A DNA stretch of 64,000 nt. Origin: Candidatus Aenigmatarchaeota archaeon (GTDB lineage: Archaea > Thermoplasmatota > Thermoplasmata > Halarchaeoplasmatales > Halarchaeoplasmataceae). Under the pieces are notes generated by a model. It had not been told where the DNA came from. It saw nothing but the letters and a program-made list of their open reading frames with translations, and did not search any database. This document shows positions 8,839 through 18,404 of the stretch, one piece after another. The stretch spans positions 1,249-65,248 of the forward strand of contig JBKHKA010000007.1 of assembly GCA_046537845.1 (NCBI GenBank), written 5' to 3'. Every line of letters begins with the position of its first letter. The first letter of the stretch is position 1. The translations under genes and the position numbers were made by a program.

Positions 8839-10146
8839 TCATCCCTTCCCTATGCCCAAGTAGGTCACGTCTTTGTCCAGTTCTTCTTCATCCAATATCC
8901 TTCTAGCATCGACTACGACTTTATTTTTCATCTTGGCGAAGTCCTCGCCGCTCAGAGCTTTGAACTCCAACCAGTCGTTCTGGATCATGCAGGCGTCGGC
9001 ACCTTTCAAAGCATCTTCCACGCTGTCGGCGTAATCCACTCTTTCAACGAGGGCCGAAAAATTCTTCATGCCCATGGGATCGTAAACGGTCACATCCGCA
9101 CCTTCTTTCAGCAGCTTTTGGACCATGGGAAGAGCCCTCGTCCTTCTGACGTCGTCGGTACCGCCTTTGAAAGTCACACCGAGCACCACTATCTTTTTAC
9201 CTCGAAGCTCCCCGAGTTCCTCCTTCAAGAGCTCCACGCTGTGAAGAGGCTGTTCTTCGTTCACTTCGAGGACGGCGTCCAATATTTTGGTCTCTATGCC
9301 TTCCGTTTTAGCCAGAGATCTCAAGGCTCTGACGTCCTTGGGGAAGCAGCTCCCGCCGAAACCGCATCCCGCGTTCAAGAAATCTCTGCTTATCCGGTGG
9401 TCCATACCCACTCCTTCCATCACATCGTAAACGTCTATACCCTTTTTTTCGCACAGCCACGATATCTCATTGGCGAAGGATATCTTCGCGGCTAAAAGAG
9501 CGTTGGATGCGTACTTTATCATCTCCGCGGTCCGCATGTCCGTGACCAGTATCGGCGCCTGAAAAGCCACATAGGCTTCCCTTATGATCTCCCGACTACT
9601 CTGGTCGATGCCCCCTATGACTATCCTGTCGGGGTTCAAGAAATCTTTCAAAGCGGCGCCCTCTCTCAAGAATTCCGGGTTCATGCCCAGTCCCAGGTCT
9701 TCACCGACCGTCTTACCGCTCTCTTCCAAGATCGGCTGGACCTTTTCGTCAGTCGTTCCCGGGGTAACGGTGCTCTTCACGCAAACTACGTGGTATTCTT
9801 CTTTCTTCTTCAGAGCTTTTGCGATATCTCTCGCTGCCTTTTCCACGTAAGATGTGTCCACGCCTCCGTCCTCACCAGACGGTGTACCGACACAGATGAA
9901 AGTCAACTCGGTATCCAGTACCGCCTCTTCGGTGTCCGTGGTGGCCGACAACTTTCCGGCGGAAACCACTTTCTGGAGCATATCTTCTAGACCTTCCTCG
10001 TATATCGGGGGTTCCGCCGCATTGATCTTCTTCACTTTCTCCTCGTCTATATCAACGCAGGTCACTTCGTGACCGTGGTGTGCAAAACCCACTCCGGTCA
10101 CCAGACCCACATATCCCGTCCCGATTATACTTATCTTCATGGTCAC
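8839..10146 (-). CDS. ugd: UDP-glucose 6-dehydrogenase / nucleotide-sugar dehydrogenase (435 aa)
   Basis: Rossmann N-terminus KISIIGTGYVGLVTG and catalytic-Cys motif GFGGSCFPKDVRAL, with the three-domain length of the UDPGDH family. Confidence 0.8.
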   Translation of the reverse strand: MTMKISIIGTGYVGLVTGVGFAHHGHEVTCVDIDEEKVKKINAAEPPIYEEGLEDMLQKVVSAGKLSATTDTEEAVLDTELTFICVGTPSGEDGGVDTSYVEKAARDIAKALKKKEEYHVVCVKSTVTPGTTDEKVQPILEESGKTVGEDLGLGMNPEFLREGAALKDFLNPDRIVIGGIDQSSREIIREAYVAFQAPILVTDMRTAEMIKYASNALLAAKISFANEISWLCEKKGIDVYDVMEGVGMDHRISRDFLNAGCGFGGSCFPKDVRALRSLAKTEGIETKILDAVLEVNEEQPLHSVELLKEELGELRGKKIVVLGVTFKGGTDDVRRTRALPMVQKLLKEGADVTVYDPMGMKNFSALVERVDYADSVEDALKGADACMIQNDWLEFKALSGEDFAKMKNKVVVDARRILDEEELDKDVTYLGIGKG

Positions 10147-10241
10147 CGATTTGAAAGGATATTCTTATTTTTTATCCCCCCGCTCGCGGCTTCACAGTAA
10201 AGTTAAATAATCAGTATCTAATTTAGCCCTTGCGTGAGAAG

Positions 10242-10844
10242 ATGACAGGGATAGAGAATTTAGTCGAGAAAGCTAAGGAGTATAAAGAGAAGGGACTCTC
10301 AGAGAAGGACATAGCCAACGAACTCAATATTTCGCCGGATACCGTCACTTGGCTCTTGACCCGTGACGTGAAGAAAGATGAGAAACCTCCCACCGACGTG
10401 AAGATAGGGTGGAGATCCATAGGAGTTTACGGGGGAAGACTCGGGCTGCTCGCCGGGCTTTTTTCAGACATCATAATGGAAGAGATGGAGCGGATGGATA
10501 CTGATTTTGAAACCGTTGTAGGTATCGCCATAAACGGCATACCGCCGGCGGTCATGGTATCAGACCAGCTGGGAAAGGAATTGGCCGTCTACAGGCCGCC
10601 GAGTGAGGAAAATAAAGACGTCGGTGGCTCCCTCGCGTCGAATTACGCCGGAGTCACTAACAAAAAATTGGTTATCGTCGACGATGTCATCAACACGGGA
10701 GAGACGATCCGCGGCGCTGTAAATGATCTGGAGGATAAAGGTGCCGAAGTCGTACTCTGCACAGTCACTGTGAACAAGAACGGTCGAGATGATGTTTTAG
10801 GAGTCCCACTGCGTGCACTCGTGAGAGCTCAGATAATAGGCTGA
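10242..10844 (+). CDS. gfcR: Orotate phosphoribosyltransferase-like regulator (GfcR/PyrE-like, HTH + PRTase) (200 aa)
   Basis: N-terminal HTH (GLSEKDIANELNISPDTVTWLL) followed by a PRTase fold with the PRPP-binding loop LVIVDDVINTGETI. Length matches the archaeal PyrE-like family. Start moved from TTG 10230 to ATG 10242. Confidence 0.7.
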   Translation: MTGIENLVEKAKEYKEKGLSEKDIANELNISPDTVTWLLTRDVKKDEKPPTDVKIGWRSIGVYGGRLGLLAGLFSDIIMEEMERMDTDFETVVGIAINGIPPAVMVSDQLGKELAVYRPPSEENKDVGGSLASNYAGVTNKKLVIVDDVINTGETIRGAVNDLEDKGAEVVLCTVTVNKNGRDDVLGVPLRALVRAQIIG

Positions 10845-10851
10845 AGGTAGG

Positions 10852-12360
10852 ATGCATTGGGCGGACGTAGAAGCGGAAGATCTGGGCCCCGAACCTCTTA
10901 TAGCCACGGGTGAAGCTCCCTCTGGACCCATCCATGTGGGTCATATCAGGGAAGTCCTAACGGGGGAAGCGATAGCTAGAGCCTCCGGAGGAGACTTAGT
11001 ATTGATAGTGGATTCTATAGACCCGTTGAGAAGACTCTATCCTTTTTTAGACGATCATTACGAAGAACACATCGGCAAACCCCTCAGCGAGATACCCTGC
11101 CCGTGCGGTGAACATGATAACTACGCCGAGCACTTCATGGAACCTTTTTTGGCATCTTTAGATGAGTTAGGAGCCGATCTAGAAGTCAAATACGCTCACG
11201 AGATGTACGCTTCAGGAGAGTATGAAAAGGCTACGAGAAGGATCATCAAGCACAGAGATGATGTGGCTGAGATAATAGAGAGCGCATCGGGAAGAGAACT
11301 ACCGGACGATTGGTTCCCCTACACCCCGATTTGCTCTGATTGTGGACGGCTAGATAACACGACCGTACGGGGTTTCGAAGATCCCTTTGTAAAGTACGTG
11401 TGTGAATGCGGACACGAAGGCAGAGCCGATATAAGGAGTGATGACGGAAAGCTACCTTGGCGCTGTGACTGGCCCGCTAGATGGTGGATTTTAGGGGTGG
11501 ACTGCGAACCTTTTGGTAAAGATCATGCAGCCTCAGGAGGTTCCTGGGACACTGGGAAAAGGATGATCGAAGAGATATTCGATAGAGAAGCTCCACACCC
11601 TGTCATCTACGAGTGGATCCAGCTCAAAGGAGAAGGTCCGATGTCATCTTCCTCGGGTGTTTCTATAAAGACCGAGGAGATGCTGGATATGATCTCCCCT
11701 GAGATCGTGAGATTCCTTATCATGCGATCGAAGCCGAACACTCATATCGATTTCGATCCAGGACTCGGCCTATTGGATCTTGTGGATGAATACGACAAGT
11801 ACGAGGAGGTATATTTTGAAGATGGTGATGAAGATAAGGCCCGCACCTACGAACTGTCTCAAGTTGACAGCGTACCGGAAAGAGAGCCGCAGAGGATCCC
11901 TTACAGGCATCTCGTCAATTTGGTCCAGATCTATGACGAAAAAGAAAGGATCTGGAAAGTGGCTAAAGATACTGGTCTTATCGAAAAAGATGATGAGGAA
12001 GATTTCCAAAGGTTCGAAGAGCGGGCGGAGAACGTCAGATTCTGGCTCGACAACTATGCGCCCGACATGGTGAAGTTCTCACTGGAAGACGAACTCCCGG
12101 ATGTGAAGCTCGAAGAGGATGAAAAAGAATTTTTACGATCTTATTCCAAAGGTCTAGCAGGAACTCCATGGAAAGCTGAAGAACTGCACCAGCTGGTGCA
12201 CGAATCCGCCGAAAAAAACGGGATCAACAAGGGCAGAGCTTTCCGATCTTTTTACAAGATCCTATTGGGCAAAAACAAGGGGCCTAGGCTGGGAAGGTTT
12301 TTGAGCCAGCTCGATGAAGACTTCGTCAAAGAGAGGATCGATGAAGCGCTCAAGGATTGA
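10852..12360 (+). CDS. lysS: Lysine--tRNA ligase, class I (archaeal type) (502 aa)
   Basis: HIGH-type motif SGPIHVGHIRE, KMSKS-type motif GPMSSSSG, and Cys cluster CPCGEH...CSDCG typical of class I LysRS. Confidence 0.9.
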   Translation: MHWADVEAEDLGPEPLIATGEAPSGPIHVGHIREVLTGEAIARASGGDLVLIVDSIDPLRRLYPFLDDHYEEHIGKPLSEIPCPCGEHDNYAEHFMEPFLASLDELGADLEVKYAHEMYASGEYEKATRRIIKHRDDVAEIIESASGRELPDDWFPYTPICSDCGRLDNTTVRGFEDPFVKYVCECGHEGRADIRSDDGKLPWRCDWPARWWILGVDCEPFGKDHAASGGSWDTGKRMIEEIFDREAPHPVIYEWIQLKGEGPMSSSSGVSIKTEEMLDMISPEIVRFLIMRSKPNTHIDFDPGLGLLDLVDEYDKYEEVYFEDGDEDKARTYELSQVDSVPEREPQRIPYRHLVNLVQIYDEKERIWKVAKDTGLIEKDDEEDFQRFEERAENVRFWLDNYAPDMVKFSLEDELPDVKLEEDEKEFLRSYSKGLAGTPWKAEELHQLVHESAEKNGINKGRAFRSFYKILLGKNKGPRLGRFLSQLDEDFVKERIDEALKD

Positions 12361-12370
12361 AAGGTACAAC

Positions 12371-13357
12371 ATGTCAGATATAGAAAAGATGCGGGATGAA
12401 CGGGACGTCGAAGGTCTGATCGAATCTATAAAGGAGGGAGAGAAAAAGGAGAGGGCGGTGGGAGCTCTTCGCAACGTTATAGAACAGCGCCACGACGACG
12501 TCCCAGTAGAACCTTTGATAGACCTTTTGAAGGACGACCTTTACGTGGCCTATTTCGGCATGATGATAGTCGAGAGGCTGGCGAGCAAAGGCAGGGACGT
12601 CTCTGAATGTATAGGTGCGCTCAACGAACTGGTAGATGACCAGGTCAGAGAGGTACGAAGAAAGGCGGTCGACACGCTCAGCGTGCTCACGGAGAGAGGT
12701 TTTTACTCCCCTTCCTCTATAAGCCACCTTACGGAAAGGCTGGACGAAGATGACAAAGATATCAGGCTGGATGCGGTATGGACCCTCTATCTTCTGGCCA
12801 AGGAAGGTATAGGCAAAAAATCTTCGATCCCTTCAGTGAACGAGCTTATAGAGGACGAAGATAAAGAGGTCCGTTCATGCGCCATACTGACCCTGGCGGA
12901 GCTCGCCGAACACGACATCTACCGCCGGTCGTCGATAGAGCCGTTGAATAAAGCTCTAAAAGATGATTCAGATGAGGTCAGAAAACATGCGACCTTCGCT
13001 TTGGGTATCCTGGCCTCTAAAGAAGTCCACGATATTTCATCTTTAGACCCGCTGATAGAGCTTTTGAAAAACGAAGATTCTAAAGCTCGTTACGACGCCC
13101 TTTTCGCTCTAGGAGTCATGGCGGAACACGGACTCGGGTGCGAATCGTCGATCTCGATCTTACACGAGCTGCTGAAAGACCCTGATGGAGCGGTACGTAA
13201 GAACGCCGCTCTGACTTTGAACGAGCTGGCTATAACCGGGATCTTCAGAAAAAAGTCCGTCGAGAAGCTGAAGCCTCTTTTAGACGATAAGACCGAGGAC
13301 GTCAGGAAGGCGGCTTCAAGGGCGATGATGACCATCAGAGCTAGAACGTCCGACTGA
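12371..13357 (+). CDS. HEAT-repeat protein (PBS-lyase HEAT-like repeats) (328 aa)
   Basis: At least seven ~31-aa repeats of the form D(D/E)xxxVRxxAxxaLgxla (e.g. DQVREVRRKAVDTL, DKDIRLDAVWTL, DKEVRSCAILTL, SDEVRKHATFAL, DGAVRKNAALTL, TEDVRKAASRAM). Start moved to ATG 12371. Confidence 0.8.
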   Translation: MSDIEKMRDERDVEGLIESIKEGEKKERAVGALRNVIEQRHDDVPVEPLIDLLKDDLYVAYFGMMIVERLASKGRDVSECIGALNELVDDQVREVRRKAVDTLSVLTERGFYSPSSISHLTERLDEDDKDIRLDAVWTLYLLAKEGIGKKSSIPSVNELIEDEDKEVRSCAILTLAELAEHDIYRRSSIEPLNKALKDDSDEVRKHATFALGILASKEVHDISSLDPLIELLKNEDSKARYDALFALGVMAEHGLGCESSISILHELLKDPDGAVRKNAALTLNELAITGIFRKKSVEKLKPLLDDKTEDVRKAASRAMMTIRARTSD

Positions 13358-13364
13358 GAAACGC

Positions 13365-13703
13365 TCATGACTGGAGATTTATTATCGCTTCCGCGGGTTC
13401 ACCGTCCGATTCTTCCAAGGCCTTCTTAGCTTCTTCCTTTGAAACTCCTGCTCTCTCAGCGACCATCTCTATATCTTCATCGGGTATCAAAACCTGACCT
13501 TCGAGAGCCTCTTCAGTGGGTTCGCCGACTACCTGATACATCTTCTGGCCTTTCATGTTCATCTCTACCACTTGGGGTGCATCGAAGACCAACTTCTTTT
13601 CGGAGGTCTCTATTATCACTTTTTCCGCGTCAATATCCTCGCTCTCCAACCCCATCTTTTTCATCATGCGTTTCATCTGTCTTGGATTTCCACCGGGCAT
13701 CAT
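13365..13703 (-). CDS. nac: Nascent polypeptide-associated complex protein (NAC + UBA) (112 aa)
   Basis: MMPGGNPRQMKRMMKKMG leader, NAC beta-barrel region, and a C-terminal UBA-like VAERAGVSKEEAKKALEESDGEPAEAI. Confidence 0.9.
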   Translation of the reverse strand: MMPGGNPRQMKRMMKKMGLESEDIDAEKVIIETSEKKLVFDAPQVVEMNMKGQKMYQVVGEPTEEALEGQVLIPDEDIEMVAERAGVSKEEAKKALEESDGEPAEAIINLQS

Positions 13704-13961
13704 GGTTCTCTACCTACTCCAACAGAAAACGGAGATTATAAAATGCTTTCGGAGTCAATTGACAAAAAAGGATTTCGAAGGGGTTTTGGTTCCTTCACAG
13801 ATCACTCGAAGACTACACTGATCAATTCGATCTCGTAGTAGGTGTCTTCATCTCCCACCCTCATGTATGCTGGTACTGTAGGCTGGGAACGAAAACGGTG
13901 TAAAAGTCGTCACTCAAAAAAGATTTATTTGAGAAATACGTTTGGCAGATGGGTATCAGAT

Positions 13962-14807
13962 ATGTTGATCAAAGGCCCCGCTTCCACCGACCTGTGCGAT
14001 AAGATCGCGGAAAGAACTGGAGTGGACACCGTCGGAGTGAAGACGAAGATCTTTCCCGACGGAGAGGTCTACGTGAAATTGCAGGAAGATGTGGAGGGCG
14101 AAAGGTGTACTTTAGTTCAGACTACCTATCCAAACCAGCACCTCCTTGAACTCTACATGATACAGGACGCCTTGAGGGAGAACGGAGCAGAAACCATAGA
14201 GGTCGTAGTGCCTTATTACTCCTACGCAAGACAGGACCAGTTGTTCGAAAAAGGAGAACCTATCAGTGCTAGAGCGTTCGCCAAAATGATCGAGCTCGAT
14301 GCGGACAGGTTTTACAGCATAGACCTCCACTCCGAGAAGATCGTCGACTTCTTTGATATAGAGGCAAAAAATCTTTCCGCCATGCCCTTACTGGCTAGGC
14401 ATTCTAAAACTAAGGATCCGGATTTTCTGATATCCCCAGATGAAGGCGGTATAGAGCGGGTGAAAAAAGCCGCCCAAGAGATCGACCTGGGATGGGATTA
14501 CCTGGAAAAGAAGAGGATAGATGCTAAAACAGTGAATATAGAACCCAAGAGTATAGATGTAGAAGGGAGATCCGTGGTCATACTCGACGATATCATCTCG
14601 ACAGGAGGGACGATGAAAGAAGCCGCCGAGCAGTTGAGAGAGGAAGGCGCTGAAGAAGTACACGCGGGCTGCACACACGGTCTCTTCGCCGAGAACGCAT
14701 TAGAAAAGCTGGAGAAAGTCTGTGACTCCGTCTTCTGCACCGATACCATAGAACAGGAAAGCAGCGAGATCTCGGCAGCTCCTTTGCTGTCAGATATCGT
14801 GAAGTAG
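13962..14807 (+). CDS. prs: Ribose-phosphate pyrophosphokinase (281 aa)
   Basis: FPDGEVYVKL, PYYSYARQD and PRPP loop VVILDDIISTGGTM. Start moved to ATG 13962 (MLIKGPAS). Confidence 0.88.
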   Translation: MLIKGPASTDLCDKIAERTGVDTVGVKTKIFPDGEVYVKLQEDVEGERCTLVQTTYPNQHLLELYMIQDALRENGAETIEVVVPYYSYARQDQLFEKGEPISARAFAKMIELDADRFYSIDLHSEKIVDFFDIEAKNLSAMPLLARHSKTKDPDFLISPDEGGIERVKKAAQEIDLGWDYLEKKRIDAKTVNIEPKSIDVEGRSVVILDDIISTGGTMKEAAEQLREEGAEEVHAGCTHGLFAENALEKLEKVCDSVFCTDTIEQESSEISAAPLLSDIVK

Positions 14808-14811
14808 TCCT

Positions 14812-15474
14812 TCAAGATTTATAGGGGAGATCCAAAAAATCCGCGACCTCCTTTATCCCTTCGCCGTCTTTTGCATTGGTCTTCAATAAAGTTCCGTGGG
14901 GATTCACTTCTCTGTAGTCTCTCTCTATGACTTCAAGGTCAACGTCCATGGGTTCAGCTAGATCGATCTTGTTCAGTACGGTAAGGTCCGACCGTGAAAA
15001 GATCAAGGGGTGCTTCCTTATCATGTCGTCTCCTTCCGTGACTGAGATCACCACCACGTCTCTCTCGGTCCCCAGGGGAAAATCTACCGGACAGATCAGG
15101 TTGCCCACGTTCTCGATGAAAAGTATATCTATGCCCCCTAAATCTATATTTTCGTCCTCTAGAGCGTGGCTGACATAGTGGGCGTCGAGGTGGCAGTCCT
15201 TCCCGGTATTGATGGTGACGGAAGGCATGCCTTTCTTTTTGAAACGCTGGCTGTCGTCTTCTCCGGCCAGGTCTCCAGCTATAGCCCCCACCTTTTTTTC
15301 GACCATCCCTTCCTTTAAGCTCTCTATCAGCGTGGTTTTACCGGATCCTATAGCTCCCAAGACGTTGAAAGCCCTCACGTTTTTGCTTTCGAAGAGCTCT
15401 CTGTTATCTTGGGCCAGCTTCTCGTTTTCCTCAAGGATGTGTTTCTCCATATCTACGTCGGTGATCTTGTGCAT
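14812..15474 (-). CDS. hypB: HypB-type nickel-binding GTPase (hydrogenase/metallocentre maturation) (220 aa)
   Basis: P-loop GAIGSGKTTL, the HypB signature ENVGNLICPVDFPLG, and the NKxD motif LNKIDL. Confidence 0.8.
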   Translation of the reverse strand: MHKITDVDMEKHILEENEKLAQDNRELFESKNVRAFNVLGAIGSGKTTLIESLKEGMVEKKVGAIAGDLAGEDDSQRFKKKGMPSVTINTGKDCHLDAHYVSHALEDENIDLGGIDILFIENVGNLICPVDFPLGTERDVVVISVTEGDDMIRKHPLIFSRSDLTVLNKIDLAEPMDVDLEVIERDYREVNPHGTLLKTNAKDGEGIKEVADFLDLPYKS

Positions 15475-15503
15475 GGGGATCGTTCAACTGATAGGCGAAG
15501 GGA

Positions 15504-17429
15504 TTATAAAGTTTGTTCCGTTGCCCGTGAAAAAAATCCTTCGATGCTTTCACACGCGTCCTCTACAAGCTGGAGCCCTTCCAGATAACTCTTGAAGTGA
15601 ACGGCTCGTTCATCTAATATCACCGAGACACCGACATCGTCCTCGCTCCTTATCAACCTGCCAGTGGCCTGCAGGACTTTTCTCACCGCCGGCGCCTTCA
15701 CCGTGTACTCCCAACCCTTGTTGAATTTCATGTCGTAGTAGTGCTTCAAGCCTTTCTGTCTGGCTGTGGGCTTAGGGTAAGGTATTCCAACCACCACCGC
15801 CACCTCCAACTGCTCGCCTGGAAAATCCATCCCTTCGCTGACCCTGCCCCCAATAACCGAGAACAAGACACCGCCCTCGTCTTTGAACCTGTTCACCATA
15901 TCCATGAGCGCGGGCTGATCCATCGACTGCGTCTCAAAAAATAGATCCTTTCTCTCCGCCGAGATATTTTTGGTTATCTTCTCCATCAACCTGTAGCTCG
16001 GGAAGAATATCACCATGTTTCTATCTACGTTCTCGATGATATCGCTGAGTTCTTCTTTCAGCTTGACGAGCATGTCTCCGCTGCGCTGAAACTCCTCGTA
16101 ACGGGTGGTAACACCTTCGAGGTAAAAGAGCGCCTTATTTTCAGATGGGAAGGGACTCGTGTATATCTCGCTTTTGGTTCCACTGGGCAGACCGATAGAA
16201 TCTCTATATTCATCAAGAGGTTCTAGGGTTGCGGACTGATGTATACTGGAATGGCACTCATTAAGAACAGAAGTGACGTTACTGGGATCTAAGCAAAAGG
16301 CTTCCAAACTCGGATTCTCCCCGCTGTTCGCCAACTTTATGTAATCTTCTCTTTTGATGGAGAACCAGGATTTAAGGAAAGAAGAGAGAGAATTTATGTA
16401 AGACCGTGGAAGTTTTTTCTCCTCTCGCCTTTTCTCCTGAACTATCTCCCCCTGAACTTTCAAGTCCTTTATTATACCCTTCAGCTGATTAGTATTCATA
16501 CCCAGTGAGTGCAAAAGTTCTGTCTTCAGTTCACTCGGCGGTATCAATCCATCTTCCTCGATGACGAATTCATCCACTATATCGAGCATTATGGCTTCGA
16601 AGAGCTGGCAGAAGTCAGAGATCGTCCTGTCGTTTTGGAGCACAGGATCACCGAACTCCCGGCTCTCACTTTTAGCTCTCTCTATTGTGACTTTCGTTAT
16701 CTCCGAAGTGGAGAGGTCGCGTGCATAATCCGGAAGGTTATGGGCTTCATCCACCACGACGATCAGGTCTGAAAGTTCGACGTTCATCCATTCCAAAAGC
16801 TGCCTCCTGATGAAAGGAAGGAAGAAATAGATGTATGGTGCGGTAACGAGTTTTGCTTCTGGTATCAAAGCTTTGGTCAGCTCGTAAGGGCATATCTCTT
16901 TTTTTTCGCAGTTATGCAGGGTCTCGTCAACCGTGGGTACCTCCCGTTTAAACCACTCTTGTAATTCATCGAGGTCGGACTGGAGGAGGCCCGCATAATA
17001 GGGGCAGGATGTCGGCTCTCTGTCCTCATTCAAAGCGGTCCGGACTTCCTTCTTCCGGTCGCTGCAGTACTTGGAGAGTTCTTCGGCACTCCCTTCCTTC
17101 AACTCCTCATCTTCTTGGGCCAATAGACAGGTATTGTTCCTCCCTTGAAGACCTAAACCGTAATGACCACCTATCTCCCGAAGTTCAAGTAAGACCTGCC
17201 GCTGCTGGCTGTTGGTCCTGGTCAAGTAGAGGATTTTTTTATCGTTCTTTCGGGCGAAATCCAGGGCGGCCGTGAGAGTGCAGACCGTCTTGCCGGAGCC
17301 CGTGGCTGCTTGATATATTAGTGACTCGCCGTCTTCGAGAGAGTTCCGAATCTCCTCCATCATCTCTCTCTGATTTTTACGCTCGTTGTAGGGAAAGAGT
17401 TCCTGCATCTTGTAATCCGATACGCTCAT
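15504..17429 (-). CDS. xpd: XPD/Rad3-family (DEAD_2) 5'-3' DNA helicase with FeS-type Cys cluster (641 aa)
   Basis: Walker A AATGSGKT and DEAH box VVVDEAHNL. Cys residues inserted between them (NNTC, KYC, TSCPYY, ICPYE) and a Helicase_C_2-type C-terminus (QATGRLIRSEDD). Confidence 0.85.
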   Translation of the reverse strand: MSVSDYKMQELFPYNERKNQREMMEEIRNSLEDGESLIYQAATGSGKTVCTLTAALDFARKNDKKILYLTRTNSQQRQVLLELREIGGHYGLGLQGRNNTCLLAQEDEELKEGSAEELSKYCSDRKKEVRTALNEDREPTSCPYYAGLLQSDLDELQEWFKREVPTVDETLHNCEKKEICPYELTKALIPEAKLVTAPYIYFFLPFIRRQLLEWMNVELSDLIVVVDEAHNLPDYARDLSTSEITKVTIERAKSESREFGDPVLQNDRTISDFCQLFEAIMLDIVDEFVIEEDGLIPPSELKTELLHSLGMNTNQLKGIIKDLKVQGEIVQEKRREEKKLPRSYINSLSSFLKSWFSIKREDYIKLANSGENPSLEAFCLDPSNVTSVLNECHSSIHQSATLEPLDEYRDSIGLPSGTKSEIYTSPFPSENKALFYLEGVTTRYEEFQRSGDMLVKLKEELSDIIENVDRNMVIFFPSYRLMEKITKNISAERKDLFFETQSMDQPALMDMVNRFKDEGGVLFSVIGGRVSEGMDFPGEQLEVAVVVGIPYPKPTARQKGLKHYYDMKFNKGWEYTVKAPAVRKVLQATGRLIRSEDDVGVSVILDERAVHFKSYLEGLQLVEDACESIEGFFSRATEQTL

Positions 17430-17460
17430 GATTCAAAAAATCTACGGTTAAAAAATCAGA

Positions 17461-17470
17461 TGTCGGGGAC
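17461..17470. repeat. 10-nt copy of the tRNA 3'-end core (tgtcggggac)
   Basis: Identical to the first 10 nt of the 17-mer found at 18258-18274 and 18405-18421. A 10-mer alone could occur by chance. Confidence 0.3.
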
Positions 17471-17546
17471 TCACGCTTTTTTGCCCGTAAAAAGTTTTAA
17501 ATTTATAATTTTTCATAGAGAAACTTTTCTAGATACATACCGAACC

Positions 17547-17559
17547 TTTTAAATATATA
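17547..17559 (+). promoter_or_regulatory. TATA-box-like element for the MNT/HepT cassette (leaderless-type spacing)
   Basis: ttttaaatatata is centred ~27 nt upstream of ATG 17580. No Shine-Dalgarno sequence lies between them. Confidence 0.4.
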
Positions 17560-17579
17560 CAAAATCATCTTTAAACTGT

Positions 17580-17903
17580 ATGAGTGAGAGTAACACAAGT
17601 GAGTTGGATGAAGAAAAGATAATAGATATGATCGAAGAAAATAGAGAAAAAATACGTTCTTTTGGAGTTGAGAAATTAACACTTTTCGGTTCTTATGCTG
17701 AAAAAGAAGCATCGGAAGGGAGCGATTTGGATTTTTTAGTGGAATTCGAAGAAGGTAGAGGCGGTTTTAAAGATTATATCCATCTTTTACAATATTTAGA
17801 GGACCTATTTGATAGGGAGATAGATCTAGTAAAACGACACTTGATAAAAGATGAATTGAAGCCCTATATCTTAGGAGGAAAAAGGATTGAAGCGAGAGTA
17901 TGA
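17580..17903 (+). CDS. mntA: Nucleotidyltransferase (MNT-type antitoxin) (107 aa)
   Basis: Minimal NTase motif LFGSYAEKEASEGSDLDFLVEF. Overlaps the downstream HEPN gene by 17 nt. Confidence 0.85.
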   Translation: MSESNTSELDEEKIIDMIEENREKIRSFGVEKLTLFGSYAEKEASEGSDLDFLVEFEEGRGGFKDYIHLLQYLEDLFDREIDLVKRHLIKDELKPYILGGKRIEARV

Positions 17904-18222
17904 GGTCAATCTTAAAGACGTATTGAGACGTGTTGAGATCATCAAAGAAAATACAAAAGGTATGGACTATGAGGAGTTTAAGAACAGTGAATGGGATGTT
18001 AGTGCCGTTGTTAGGAACCTGGAAGTGATCGGAGAAGCGGTGGCTAATTTACCCGATGATTTTAAAAAGGCACATCCCGAAGTCGAATGGAGAGATATTA
18101 AGGGATTCAGAAATTTAGCTATACATCAATATTGGAATGTAGACAAAGAGATAGTATGGGAGATAGTACAGGATGAATTAAATCCATTACAGCAGAAAAT
18201 AGAAAAGATCCTTGAAAGTTAA
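17887..18222 (+). CDS. hepT: HEPN/DUF86 toxin (HepT-type) (111 aa)
   Basis: R-x4-H HEPN motif in RNLAIHQYWNVD. Typical size and pairing with the MNT gene. Start is TTG 17887 and is uncertain. Confidence 0.8.
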   Translation: MKREYEVNLKDVLRRVEIIKENTKGMDYEEFKNSEWDVSAVVRNLEVIGEAVANLPDDFKKAHPEVEWRDIKGFRNLAIHQYWNVDKEIVWEIVQDELNPLQQKIEKILES

Positions 18223-18257
18223 ATATGGGCCTATCTCATATTAGGAACAAAATAGTA

Positions 18258-18274
18258 TGTCGGGGACGGGGTTT
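18258..18274. repeat. 17-nt exact duplicate of the tRNA 3' end (candidate att remnant)
   Basis: tgtcggggacggggttt occurs at 18258-18274 and again at 18405-18421, inside the tRNA acceptor/T arm. Confidence 0.7.
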
Positions 18275-18404
18275 TAGTCGGAAATCAAAAAAGATTTCCA
18301 ACAACTCACAAATCGCAGGAAACAAGGGTTTCTGAAGATGAGGGGGACGAAGTCCTATGAAATCAGAGATTTGTTCGTGAACCCGCTTTAAAAGATAGAT
18401 AGAG

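Noticed and set aside
18258-18404. Possible second (split or long-intron) tRNA ending in the duplicated AAACCCCGTCCCCGACA
   Set aside because: No matching 5' acceptor strand, D arm or anticodon arm could be folded upstream of the duplicate. It is interpreted as an att-like remnant instead.
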